The notes under the pieces are model-generated. The model saw nothing but the letters and a program-made list of their open reading frames with translations. It did not search any database and had not been told where the DNA came from. The position numbers were made by a program, and so were the translations under genes. From Deltaproteobacteria bacterium SG8_13 (GTDB lineage Bacteria; Desulfobacterota; Desulfobacteria; Desulfobacterales; SG8-13): a stretch of DNA of 64,000 nt. The stretch lies in the NCBI GenBank assembly GCA_001303025.1, contig LJNK01000014.1, positions 2,998 through 66,997 on the forward strand, written 5' to 3'. This document shows positions 9,915 to 20,113 of this stretch, piece by piece. Each line of letters opens with the position of its first letter. The first letter of the stretch is position 1.

Positions 9915-11114
9915 ATGAGCGAATCAAAACAAATTATCCGGGTCGGGTTGGTCGGCAGCCGTTTTGCAGCCGAAATCCATTATGCAGCCTATCAACGCAT
10001 TGCCGGAAATGGCGTCGAAGTGGTGGGGGTCACATCCAATACCGAGGAGCATCGACGCACGTTCGCTGAAAAAAGGGGAATCGTCGCTTTTGAGTCCCTT
10101 GAGCAGATGTTGCCGGAAGTGGATGCAATCGACAACTGCACCCCTGGTTGGGCCCACGAGCCTGTGACAGTAGCGGCCCTGCAAGCCGGCAAGCACGTAA
10201 TTGTCGAAAAACCCTTTACAGGATACTACGGCCCTGCGGAAAGAACGGGGTTCAAAGGCAATCGCTTCCCCAAAAGCGAAATGCTGGAAGGCGCCATGGG
10301 CAGCGCCCGACGCATCATCGACGCTGCTGCAAAGAGCCATACAAAGCTCTGCTACGCAGAGAACTGGGTGTATGCCCCGGCCGTCCAGAAAGAGGCAGAG
10401 ATCATCTTCAAGACCAAAGCACAAATCATGTGGGCCCTGGCCGGCCACTCCCATTCCGGCAGCCCCTCTCCGGCCTACGGCACGTGGCGGCTGTCGGGCG
10501 GAGGATCGGTCGTAGGCAAGTCCTGTCATCCGCTGACCGCCATACTGTATCTAAAGCAGGTCGAGGGACTGGCTCACAGCGGCAAACCGATACGACCCAA
10601 AACGGTCAGCGCCCGAACCCATGAACTGACCCGCAATCCCGGGTTCATCGACAAGGGCTTTATCCGGACTCAATACGACGACATCGAGGATTACTGCCAG
10701 TTGCATGTTGTTTTCGACGACGGCATGGTGGCCGACGTCTTTGCATCGGAAATCGTGATGGGAGGAGTGCACAACTGGATCGAGTTGGTGGCCAACAACC
10801 ATCGGGTCAGGTGCAACCTGAGTCCGGTTGATGCCATGCAGTTTTACAATCCCCTGGAGGAGCAATTGGATGACGTCTACATCATGGAGAGGGTCGGCAC
10901 CAAGCAGGGATGGTTAAACCCGGCTCCGGATGAAAGCTTTATGTTCGGCTACCCCCAGGAGCTTCAGGACTTTATCGAAGCGATCGTCGAGGATCGCCCA
11001 CCGAAGTCGGGCCCGCTGCTGGCATCCGATACCGTAAGCGTCCTGTATTCAGCCTATGTATCGGCTGAAGAAAAAGGACGCGAAGTCGAAATTCCCATCG
11101 ATCGGAAATTATAA
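9915..11114 (+). CDS. Gfo/Idh/MocA family oxidoreductase
   Basis: Rossmann-like VGLVGSRF; AGKHVIVEKP motif. Confidence 0.88.
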   Translation: MSESKQIIRVGLVGSRFAAEIHYAAYQRIAGNGVEVVGVTSNTEEHRRTFAEKRGIVAFESLEQMLPEVDAIDNCTPGWAHEPVTVAALQAGKHVIVEKPFTGYYGPAERTGFKGNRFPKSEMLEGAMGSARRIIDAAAKSHTKLCYAENWVYAPAVQKEAEIIFKTKAQIMWALAGHSHSGSPSPAYGTWRLSGGGSVVGKSCHPLTAILYLKQVEGLAHSGKPIRPKTVSARTHELTRNPGFIDKGFIRTQYDDIEDYCQLHVVFDDGMVADVFASEIVMGGVHNWIELVANNHRVRCNLSPVDAMQFYNPLEEQLDDVYIMERVGTKQGWLNPAPDESFMFGYPQELQDFIEAIVEDRPPKSGPLLASDTVSVLYSAYVSAEEKGREVEIPIDRKL

Positions 11115-11244
11115 CCGCATAACCGCATATACCTGTCGACGTGCAGTGCCATCGGGTGTTTCTCTCCGCTGATGGTTTCGAGTCTGCCGCCCGGCGGCGA
11201 ACAGCTCGCAGCGCAGTAAAAAACAGGAAGGGTTGAGAAAAGCA

Positions 11245-11994
11245 ATGGAATTTGAAAATCGAGTCGTGCTGGTCACCGGTGCCGCCAGGGGAATCGGCCG
11301 CGCAATTGCCGCTGCTTTTGCCCTGGAAGGAGCCCGGGTGGTCGTTAATGATATCTGTTCGGAAAAATCGCTTGCCGCCATGCTCCACACCCCCCCTTTC
11401 GACAACGGGCGAACCCGGACGATGCGGGTTGATATCGGAGATTTGGCCGAGGTCGAGCGGATGTTCGGGGAGGTCGAGTCAGTCGAAAACCGCTTGGACA
11501 TACTGGTGAACAACGCCGGTATTATCCGCCGGGGCAGCGTGGAAACCGTTACCGAACAGGAATGGGACGACGTCATCCGCGTCAACCTGAAGGGAACGTT
11601 CAACTGTTTAACGGTGGCGGCCCGGATGATGATCCGGCAGGGCCACGGAAAAATGATCAACATTTCCTCTGTAGCAGCCAAACTGGGAGATATCACTTCC
11701 GCTCCGGGCTACGGTCCCTCTAAAGCGGCCATCGATGCGTTGACCAAGACATTTGCGCGGCAGCTGGCCAGCCACGGAATCACCGTCAACGGGGTTGCAC
11801 CGCATGCCATCGAAACCGAGATGAGCGCCGAATGGCCGGAGGAAAAACGCCGGGCCATCGTCGACGCGATCCCTCTCAAACGGCTGGGGCGTCCCGAGGA
11901 AGTCGCGGGGGCCGCCCTTTTCTTGGCCTCGGACAAGGCGGATTTCATTACCGGAGAGATCATCGATGTCAACGGCGGTTTTCTGATGGATTGA
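11245..11994 (+). CDS. Short-chain dehydrogenase/reductase (FabG-like)
   Basis: TGAARGIG, NNAG, YGPSK (YxxxK) motifs. Confidence 0.9.
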   Translation: MEFENRVVLVTGAARGIGRAIAAAFALEGARVVVNDICSEKSLAAMLHTPPFDNGRTRTMRVDIGDLAEVERMFGEVESVENRLDILVNNAGIIRRGSVETVTEQEWDDVIRVNLKGTFNCLTVAARMMIRQGHGKMINISSVAAKLGDITSAPGYGPSKAAIDALTKTFARQLASHGITVNGVAPHAIETEMSAEWPEEKRRAIVDAIPLKRLGRPEEVAGAALFLASDKADFITGEIIDVNGGFLMD

Positions 11995-12302
11995 ATTTTC
12001 ACTTCTTCGACATCGACGACCGGAAGTGGCGAACCGACAGGTTGTCCTACCACCGGCCTTGCATGCTGACCAGCCCGGCCGGACTCGGTGTTTCCGGATG
12101 TAAGGCCGCATTTGAGTGCAGCAGGCATTCGATATTTCCGTTTCCCTTTACGGCACCTCCCGTACCCTATCCCCATCACGATTTTCTTCTGGTTTGCCGC
12201 CCTGTGACATAGCCCCCATGAGCTTTGCCCACCAAGGGTTTTCCGGCTCCGGCGGGTTGCCGTGCCCAGCCTGACATATTCACTGTAGCTCCGATAAAAT
12301 GG

Positions 12303-12331
12303 TTGACACCACGGCGATGGTCACTTATATA
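12303..12331 (+). promoter_or_regulatory. sigma70 promoter upstream of the selenoprotein gene
   Basis: TTGACA-17 nt-TATATA. Confidence 0.65.
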
Positions 12332-12335
12332 AATA

Positions 12336-12351
12336 ATGAGCATATACTCAT
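12336..12351. promoter_or_regulatory. Palindromic operator ATGAG-CATATA-CTCAT (copy 1)
   Basis: Inverted repeat just downstream of the -10 box; near-identical copy at 14471-14494. Confidence 0.6.
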
Positions 12352-12482
12352 AACATAACGGGTTCGTTGGCGCCTCGGAAAGTACCGGTGCATTGCCGGC
12401 AGCAAGATCTTGGATGCTTGCAGCCGCTTTTCAGCAGGAGGCGGTACGGTGGTTGAAACGTTCACGTGAAAGGGGGGACCCC

Positions 12483-13802
12483 ATGTCTGATCAAGTCGTT
12501 TCGCTCGGCGGTAAAAAACGGTCGACCTTTATCGACAAGGTAAAAGAACTCCTTCCGGAAGGCGGCAATTTAAGTCTATGCCTGACCTGCGGCGCCTGCT
12601 CTTCCGGATGCCCGGCAACGGGTCTGGATGGCATGGATCCGCGCAAGTTTCTGCGCATGGCCGCGCTGGGCATGGATGAGGAAATCGAAAAGTCGGACTG
12701 GCCCTGGATGTGCACGATGTGCCAGCGCTGCATTTATGTTTGCCCCATGAAGATCGATATCCCCCAGCTGGTCTTCAATGCGCGGGCGCTCAGACCAAGG
12801 GAGCAGCGGCCCAAGGGGATATTGGGATCCTGTGATCTGGCGCTGAAAAATCCGAGCACCAGCGCTATGGGGGCAACACCGGAAGACTTTGCCTTCGTGG
12901 TGGAAGATGTCCTGGAAGAATACCGGGAAGCGCAGCCCGAATTTGCCGACATGCAGGCGCCCATCGACAAACAGGGGGCCGAGTTTTTTGTGAACCAGAA
13001 TTCGCGGGAGCCGGTGACCGAGCCCGATGAACTGGTTCCGCTGTGGAAAGTTCTGCATCTTGCCGGGGTGGACTGGACGTACGGCAGTCACGGCTGGGCC
13101 GGGGAGAACTACTGCATGTTCCTGGCAGACAACGACGCCTGGGAGCACATCACCCGCACCACCGCCAATCAGGCCGATAAGCTGGGCTGTAAAATCTTTC
13201 TCAACACCGAGTGAGGGCATGTGACCTTTTCGGTCCGGGCCGGACTGAAAAAATTCAACATCGACTATAATTTTGAAGTCAAAAACATTTACGAATATTA
13301 CGCCAAATGGATCCGTGAAGGTAAACTGAAGGTCAATTCCGACTGGAACAAGGACCTTCAAATCAAGTTTACCGTCCAGGATCCCTGCCAGATCGTGCGC
13401 AAAAGTTATGGGGATCCCATCGCCGAAGACCTCCGGTTTGTGGTCAAGACGATGGTGGGGGAAGAAAATTTTATCGAGATGCATCCCAACCGCTCCAACA
13501 ACTATTGCTGCGGCGGCGGAGGTGGCTTCCTGCAATCCGGGTACAAGGAACAGCGACTCGAATTCGGGAAACTGAAGGACCAGCAGATTCAAAAGACCGG
13601 GGCGGCCTATTGCATCGCCGGCTGCCACAACTGCCACGCCCAGATTCACGAGCTCAGCGATCATTACGGGGCAGGCTACCACGTGGTGCACCTGTGGACC
13701 ATTCTCTGTCTGGCCATGGGCGTGCTCGGACCCAACGAACGCGAGTACCTGGGAGACGATCTCAAGGAAGTGAACGTCTTTCATCCGGAGACGGCCATGT
13801 AG
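12483..13802 (+). CDS. HdrD/DsrK/TmcB-like (Fe-S)-binding CCG-domain oxidoreductase, selenoprotein (Sec244), 439 aa
   Basis: ORFs 12393-13214 and 13221-13802 are in the same frame, separated only by TGA (13212-13214) in N-T-E-[TGA]-G-H, the usual TECGH site. Two CxxCxxCxxxCP ferredoxin motifs, QDPCQ, NYCCGGGGG and GCHNC are present; a SECIS-like hairpin follows. Confidence 0.88.
13227..13251 (+). promoter_or_regulatory. Bacterial SECIS-like stem-loop
   Basis: TTTTCGGTCCG-GGC-CGGACTGAAAA: 11-bp stem with one G-U pair; G-containing apical loop 23 nt after the in-frame UGA. Confidence 0.75.
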
Positions 13803-13948
13803 TCTGTTTACCATCGAGCAAGTGCATCACCGCCGCCGGCCGGGTCCTTGGCAATGTGCGTGCAGGGGCACCCTTTGCGGGAAAAATCGCAACAAGGTGA
13901 CTGCCCGCTGCAGCAATACCTGCCATCTGAAAACATTGGGGCGATCCG

Positions 13949-14314
13949 ATGGATGACAGAATGACGGTTGAGGAATTGGAGCAGCGCTGGAAAAATGCGT
14001 TGGCCACGACCCAGTCCGCTGTTACCCGGCATCCAGGCGAATACCGTGAACTGAAGTCCCTGGCCGCCGAAATTGTCGCCAGGCCACTGGATATCGGTGA
14101 TTACCTGCCTGCCACGAAGAAGCTCGTTGCGCTGCTCCAGAAGATGGACCCCGGCGGAAAAGGTACGATTTTTTACTTTTTCAACAAGCGCTTCGCACCG
14201 TCGAGCATCTGGGATGTCTGCTGGCTGCGGCTGGAGTGCAGGGACCTGTTGGCCCATCTGGCGGTATTCGACAAGTGGCATATGAATACCTGCCGGCTGA
14301 AGGTCGTTAAATAA
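13949..14314 (+). CDS. Hypothetical protein (121 aa)
   Basis: ATG start, protein-like composition, fills the gap between the selenoprotein and TRAP operon 2; no family recognised. Confidence 0.6.
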   Translation: MDDRMTVEELEQRWKNALATTQSAVTRHPGEYRELKSLAAEIVARPLDIGDYLPATKKLVALLQKMDPGGKGTIFYFFNKRFAPSSIWDVCWLRLECRDLLAHLAVFDKWHMNTCRLKVVK

Positions 14315-14470
14315 AAATACCCCGATCCGAATGCGGGTGTTCTCGTGACACCTTTCGTTGTATGGCCGACCTTGCGCATGTCCTGCTGTTACTACCATTT
14401 TTGATATCATTTCCGTAAGTTCTGAATCTCCAGGTTTTTCCCTCATTTTGACGATGGTGCTTGACAAACA

Positions 14471-14494
14471 TATTATGAGAATATACTCATAATA
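14471..14494. promoter_or_regulatory. Palindromic operator TATTATGAG-AATATA-CTCATAATA (copy 2) next to TTGACA (14461-14466)
   Basis: Perfect 9-bp arms; same core as 12336-12351; upstream of the second dctP. Confidence 0.65.
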
Positions 14495-14704
14495 ATAGTG
14501 TCGGAGTTGAACGGGACGAATCCGGCAACCTCCCGTGCTGATGTTGAACCGATCGCGCGGATTTTCAAACAATATCGCCATTTCACACCCCATCCAGATC
14601 AGTCGGATCGAGATAAAACGATTTTAGCCCCGGATTCCGCAGGAAAGACAGGCAACCATCCGACAACGAAATGAACCAAATCGGGCACTGAAAGGAGGTC
14701 CTAA

Positions 14705-15712
14705 ATGAAAAGAAGAAGGGTACGGTTGTCAGCGCTGCTGCTGGCATTGGTAGCGATGCTTGCCGTCGAGCCGGCCACGGCGGCGGCCGATCAGTATCTG
14801 TTCAAGTACGCCAATACCCAATCGGAAAACCATCCCCGCAGCAAGTCGATGGTCTTTTTCAAAAACACACTCGAGAAAGCGTCCCAGGGGAAAATAAAAG
14901 TGGAGCTCTATTTTTCGGGGGTACTGGGAAAAGAGGCCGAAGTGCTGGACATGGTAAAAATGGGAACCGTGCAGGGTTGCCGCGGCGGGCTTTTCGAGAG
15001 GGCTAACAAGAAATACCTAATGTACACGCTGCCCTTTATGTTCGAAGATGCAGACACGGTGGTGGCGGTCATGCGCAGTGATCTCGGCAAGCGGATCAAC
15101 AAGGGTGCCATGGCCAACGGGTTTTATATTCCTGCCACGGGAGTGGCCGGCGGGATGCGCAACATTACCTGCAGCAAGCGGCCGGTTCGGACGGTGGCGG
15201 ATTTAAAAGGCTTGAAAATGAGGACGCCGCCGATCGATGTGACCATCCGAACCTTCAAGGCCCTGGGGGCCAATCCTCAACAGGTGGCTTACACCGAAAC
15301 GTACATGGCGTTGAAAACCGGTGTGGTGGACGGTCAGGAGAACCCATTTTCCAATGCGGTCGATATGAAATTTTACGAAGCCCAAAAATATCTTTCCGTG
15401 GTGAACTGGCAGGTTCATCCGGATCCGCTGTATGTCAATCCGGCATGGTACAACCGCCTGCCGAACGATCTGAAGGCCGTTTTCGATGCGGTGGCAGAAG
15501 CGACCATGATTTACAGCGATACGATCTGGTTGAATTCCGAACAGAATTATTTCAATACCCTCAAAGAGAAACTCGAGGTAAACCACTGCGATCCAAGTGC
15601 ACGGAAGGATTTTGTCAAAGGAGTCAAGAGCGTCTGGCAGTATTATGTCGACGAAGGCTATTTCACCTGGGATGAAATCAACGAGGCGCTGACGATCGCC
15701 GCAAAGCAGTAG
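14705..15712 (+). CDS. dctP: TRAP substrate-binding protein DctP
   Basis: Signal peptide, GLKMRTPP, ETYMALKTGVVDGQENP; RBS AGGAGG. Confidence 0.92.
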   Translation: MKRRRVRLSALLLALVAMLAVEPATAAADQYLFKYANTQSENHPRSKSMVFFKNTLEKASQGKIKVELYFSGVLGKEAEVLDMVKMGTVQGCRGGLFERANKKYLMYTLPFMFEDADTVVAVMRSDLGKRINKGAMANGFYIPATGVAGGMRNITCSKRPVRTVADLKGLKMRTPPIDVTIRTFKALGANPQQVAYTETYMALKTGVVDGQENPFSNAVDMKFYEAQKYLSVVNWQVHPDPLYVNPAWYNRLPNDLKAVFDAVAEATMIYSDTIWLNSEQNYFNTLKEKLEVNHCDPSARKDFVKGVKSVWQYYVDEGYFTWDEINEALTIAAKQ

Positions 15713-15787
15713 CGGATGTGTAATTTGACCGGTGCGCCGAATTCACGGCGAATTTGGCGCACAATTTGTCGATGAGGCAGAACCGGC

Positions 15788-16279
15788 ATGCAAGACCTGA
15801 TGAAGATCGAACAATTTGCCAATCGGATTCTGGAATTCCTGGTGACCGCACTCTTTTTCGCCATTCTCGTTCTGACCATTATCCTCGTAATCCTGCGATA
15901 CGGTTTCAATGCCGCCATCATCGGGGGCAATGAAGCCATGGAATACATGTTCATCTATACCACAGCCATCGGAGCGGCGGTCTCGCTGGGCAAAGGAGAG
16001 CACATAAAAATTTCCTTCCTCCTGGATCGATGGAAGCGACCGCTTCGGAATGCAATCAACATTGTCAATTACGTGTTGATCGCCTTCATCAACACCGTAA
16101 TGATCAAATACAGTTTCGGTTGGATCCGCTCGGCCGGCGGTTTCGAATCCCCGGTTTTGCGCATACCCAACTGGATCGTACAGGTCAGTGTGCCGATCGG
16201 CTGCGGGTTGGCCGTTTTGTACTGCCTCAACCACGTTTGCATTGAAATCCGCAACTGCAGGTCGTCCGCTAAGGATTAG
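15788..16279 (+). CDS. dctQ: TRAP small permease DctQ
   Basis: 163 aa, 4 TM segments, GEHIKIS motif. Confidence 0.88.
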   Translation: MQDLMKIEQFANRILEFLVTALFFAILVLTIILVILRYGFNAAIIGGNEAMEYMFIYTTAIGAAVSLGKGEHIKISFLLDRWKRPLRNAINIVNYVLIAFINTVMIKYSFGWIRSAGGFESPVLRIPNWIVQVSVPIGCGLAVLYCLNHVCIEIRNCRSSAKD

Positions 16280-16281
16280 CC

Positions 16282-17559
16282 ATGTTCATTCTGCTCGCAA
16301 GCCTGGCGGTCTGCCTGGCCCTGGGGATTCCCATCGCTTACTCACTCGGCTTGTCCGGGTTTGTGTACTTTGCGGTAGTGCATCCGGATATCCTTTCCAT
16401 CCTGCCCCAGCGCTTTCTCGCCGGCATGGACTCCTATGCAATGATCGCATTGCCGTTGTTTGTACTGATGGGTCTGCTGATGAATGCCGGTGGAATAACC
16501 AGCCGCCTGATCGATTTCAGCCTTCTTTTCGTCGGTCGCCTGCGCGGCGGATTGGGTGCGGTGAATGTGTTTGCCAGCATGGTATTCGGAGGCATTTCCG
16601 GTTCATCGGTATCCGATACGGCTTCGATCGGCGCGGTACTGATTCCCGAAATGAAGAAAAAGGGCTACACGGCGGAATTCGCCAGTGGGATCACCGTGGC
16701 TTCCTCGACGATGGGGATGATTATACCGCCGAGCGTTCCGATGATCATTTACGCTCTCGTTTCCGAAGAGTCGGTCGGTAAGCTCTTTCTCGGAAGCCTG
16801 ATCCCGGGTGTGGTGATCGGCGTGCTGATGCTCGGAATCACCATAATGGTTTCATACTATAAAAAATATCCGCGCGAAGAAATCACTCTGACCCGCAAGC
16901 AGAAGATCGATCGTACGCGTCAGTCGATACTCGCATTGATCATGCCGGTGTTTGTCGTAGGGGCTGTGGTTTTTGGGATTGCCACTGCTACCGAATCGGC
17001 TGGCGTCGGGGTGTTGTACGCTTTTCTTATCGGAACGTTTGTTCTCCGCCAACTGAAATTCAGGGCAATCCCTCCGCTGATGCGGGACTCCATCATGACC
17101 AGTGCCAACGTCATGATCATCATCGCCCTGTCCAAGCTTTACATCTGGATACTCGCACTGGAAAGGGTCCCCCAGGCTGTTGCCCTGTTTATCTCCGGGC
17201 TCGAACTGCCGACTTTCGTCATTTTGTTGTCTATCGACCTGATCATTTTGATCACCGGTACTTTCGTAGACGTCAGTCCGGCCATATTGCTTCTTACACC
17301 GGTATTTCTTCCCAGCATGGCCGTCCTCGGCGTATCCAGAGTTCAATTCGGAGTGATCCTGATCACAGGCCTTGCCGTCGGGCTGGTGACACCGCCGGTG
17401 GGCATGTGTCTGAACGTGGCATCGGCCATATCAAAGCTGGGTATCGGCACGATATTCCGAGCGGCGATTCCCTTTCTGCTGGCAAACATCATCACGCTGA
17501 TTTTAATTACGTACGTTCCGCAGCTGAGCGGCTGGCTGCCGTCACTATTTTTTGAGTAA
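16282..17559 (+). CDS. dctM: TRAP large permease DctM
   Basis: GGISGSSVSDTAS, IIPPSVP, GLVTPPVG motifs. Confidence 0.93.
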   Translation: MFILLASLAVCLALGIPIAYSLGLSGFVYFAVVHPDILSILPQRFLAGMDSYAMIALPLFVLMGLLMNAGGITSRLIDFSLLFVGRLRGGLGAVNVFASMVFGGISGSSVSDTASIGAVLIPEMKKKGYTAEFASGITVASSTMGMIIPPSVPMIIYALVSEESVGKLFLGSLIPGVVIGVLMLGITIMVSYYKKYPREEITLTRKQKIDRTRQSILALIMPVFVVGAVVFGIATATESAGVGVLYAFLIGTFVLRQLKFRAIPPLMRDSIMTSANVMIIIALSKLYIWILALERVPQAVALFISGLELPTFVILLSIDLIILITGTFVDVSPAILLLTPVFLPSMAVLGVSRVQFGVILITGLAVGLVTPPVGMCLNVASAISKLGIGTIFRAAIPFLLANIITLILITYVPQLSGWLPSLFFE

Positions 17560-17885
17560 CGAGACCTCAGAACCCTGGTAGTATCTTCAAGTGTTTTTCA
17601 GTATGCAAAAGCACCTGATTTCACTGCTTCGACGAGTACATCGCAACATCTCGCATCCGGGGTGTGCGTTGGTTGACAAGCAAATAATTGGTTTGTATTT
17701 TTGAATATACCCGATTTCCTGTGCAGCGGGTTCTCTGCCGAGAAGTCTCCTGCCACTCATTATGCTTCTTGCACCTGTTTTCGTTATCCGGTTGTCCGCA
17801 AACCAGCCTACTTTGTATCTTCATACCTCGCAGGGATATCCGGCGGGCAAGCTGTCTGAAAACCGTCAAGCGAAAGGAGAGCGGA

Positions 17886-18377
17886 ATGTATGAAAAAATC
17901 TTGGTTCCATTGGACGGATCGGACCTGGCCGAATGCGTTCTGCCGCATGTGGAAAAATTTGTTGCGAGCGGACTGGTTCGTACGGTTGTATTCGTTCGGG
18001 TCGTAGAACCGGCACCCACCCGGTTCGATGACACGGCGGCACTGAGCAGCAAGAGTCGCGACCAGATCATCGCAGGTGCCAGGATCATAGAGGAAAACAG
18101 GAAAACCCGTGCGGCCGAATATCTGGATTCGACGTTGAGCCGACTAAAGCGCGACAGCGTGGAGCTGAAGACCGAGGTCCTTTTCGGCAGTGTGGCCGAC
18201 AGCCTTGCGGATTATACCGAAACCAATGCCATCAATCTGATTATTATCGCAACGCACGGGCGTTCCGGAATCAGCCGCTGGGTGCGCGGCAGTGTGGCCG
18301 ACAGGGTTCTGCGGTTTTCGCGGGTTCCGGTATTGATGGTGCAGGCCGACAGAGCCGGGCAGCGAAAAGACGTGTAA
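17886..18377 (+). CDS. Universal stress protein (UspA family)
   Basis: YEKILVPLDGS and IIIATHGRSGISRWVRGSVADRVLR; RBS AAGGAG. Confidence 0.92.
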   Translation: MYEKILVPLDGSDLAECVLPHVEKFVASGLVRTVVFVRVVEPAPTRFDDTAALSSKSRDQIIAGARIIEENRKTRAAEYLDSTLSRLKRDSVELKTEVLFGSVADSLADYTETNAINLIIIATHGRSGISRWVRGSVADRVLRFSRVPVLMVQADRAGQRKDV

Positions 18378-18845
18378 ACCGATCGGGTTGCGCCGGAATT
18401 GAATCCGCGACATCCGTCCGGTTGCACCGGTACGCTCTGCTAAAGGGGATGGCGCTCCCCGGATTTTATTATCCACCTTTCTAGATTCTCTCCGATCACC
18501 TCTTGACAGAAATGTTCTGAGACGATTAACTCGACTACCACACCTTTTTCGGTCGTTGTTTTCATCGAAAATAGGTGTTACAAGGCGATTGGGCGGATTT
18601 GCGTCAAGTGCCCGTTTTCTTTACCCTGAACAATAACGTCCGTAACCGCATCCGTTTTTCATCACCTGCAGCCATAAATCGAATTCCCGGGCGAGTTGTT
18701 TCAGGTCGAAATGTTCGCCATACCATCCCACTCAGCCCCGAGCGATAGTCGACGACCGTTCGGCAAGGAGGCGGGGTTTTTCGCAAGCGGATACCCTGAT
18801 CCTGTCCGCCGTTTATCTGTTGAACTGAAATGAGGAAGGAGTCGC

Positions 18846-20066
18846 GTGGCAATGGAAAATGTTTGTAAAGGCCGGGTGATTATCAACGCGGAGGATTTCC
18901 GCGATATCAACCCCGGTGATCGAATATTGATGGGACCCGGTCCCAGCGATGTTCACGCAAGAACGCTGCAGGCGATGGCAGCCCCGTGTATCGGGCATCT
19001 TGATCCTTACTTTCTGGCGATCATGAATGAGGCGCAGCAACTGCTGCGGCACCTGTTTCAAACCGAAAATCAGCTGACGATTCCGGTGTCGGGTACCGGC
19101 AGTGCCGGCATGGAAACCTGTTTCGTAAATCTGGTGGAGCCCGGCGACGAAGTGGCGGTATGCGTCAACGGTGTTTTCGGCACGCGCATGGCCGATATCG
19201 TTCAGCGGATCGGCGGCAAACTGATCCGTATCGATGCCGAGTGGGGAACGGCGATAGACCCCCAGGCACTGAAGCACGCCATAAAAGACCGGGATCCGAA
19301 AGTGATCGCCGTTGTGCATGCCGAAACTTCCACCGGGGTCTGCCAGCCTTTGGAGGAACTGGCCCGGATCACCCACGATGCCGGGGCGCTTTTCCTGGTG
19401 GACTGCGTGACCTCTCTGGCCGGCATGCCCGTGGCGATTGATGAGATGAAAATCGATGCGGCCTACAGCGGCACGCAGAAATGCATCAGCGGACCTCCCG
19501 GTCTTTCACCGCTGACTTTCAGTCCGGCGGCTGTCAAAGCCCTCGAAGAGCGCAAAACCCCTGTTTTCAGCTGGTATTTAGACATGAGCATGGTTCGAGA
19601 CTACTGGGGCAGTGAACGAAAATATCATCACACCGCTCCCATCAACATGATTTACGGTCTGCGGGAGGCGCTTCGCCTGATTGCCGAAGAAGGACTGGAG
19701 GAGCGGTTTGCTCGACACCGCTTGAATCATCGTGCGCTGGTAGCCGGTATCGAGGCCATGGGGCTTTCCATGCTTGTTCCGGAGTCTATCCGGCTGCCGA
19801 TGCTAAACGCGGTGCAAATACCGCAAGGTGTCGATGACCTCAAGGTGCGGAAAACGCTCCTGGCCCACTATGGCATCGAGATCGGGGGCGGCCTGGGGCA
19901 ATTCGCCGGAAAAGTCTGGAGGATCGGATTAATGGGACAGTCCTGCCGTCGTAAAAACGTGTTTCTCCTGCTGGCGGCCCTCGAAACCGTTCTTCGCGCC
20001 GAAGGTTATCAGGCCAAACCGGGGGCACTCGCGGCAGCCACTGCTTTGTACGACCAGACATGCTGA
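18846..20066 (+). CDS. Alanine/serine-glyoxylate aminotransferase (class V PLP)
   Basis: [28 protein letters not shown] (PLP lysine), YHHTAP and WRIGLMG motifs. Confidence 0.92.
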   Translation: MAMENVCKGRVIINAEDFRDINPGDRILMGPGPSDVHARTLQAMAAPCIGHLDPYFLAIMNEAQQLLRHLFQTENQLTIPVSGTGSAGMETCFVNLVEPGDEVAVCVNGVFGTRMADIVQRIGGKLIRIDAEWGTAIDPQALKHAIKDRDPKVIAVVHAETSTGVCQPLEELARITHDAGALFLVDCVTSLAGMPVAIDEMKIDAAYSGTQKCISGPPGLSPLTFSPAAVKALEERKTPVFSWYLDMSMVRDYWGSERKYHHTAPINMIYGLREALRLIAEEGLEERFARHRLNHRALVAGIEAMGLSMLVPESIRLPMLNAVQIPQGVDDLKVRKTLLAHYGIEIGGGLGQFAGKVWRIGLMGQSCRRKNVFLLLAALETVLRAEGYQAKPGALAAATALYDQTC

Positions 20067-20113
20067 GCCGGCAGATGTTCTAAACGAAACGGGAAGAGAC
20101 AGAGGGCCAGTAG

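Noticed and set aside
12576-13814. 412-aa minus-strand ORF
   Set aside because: Antisense shadow of the selenoprotein gene; no recognisable motifs
18500-18845. Glycine riboswitch in the long leader of the aminotransferase
   Set aside because: No GGAGA/CCGAAG/CTCTCAGG signature found; the leader remains unexplained
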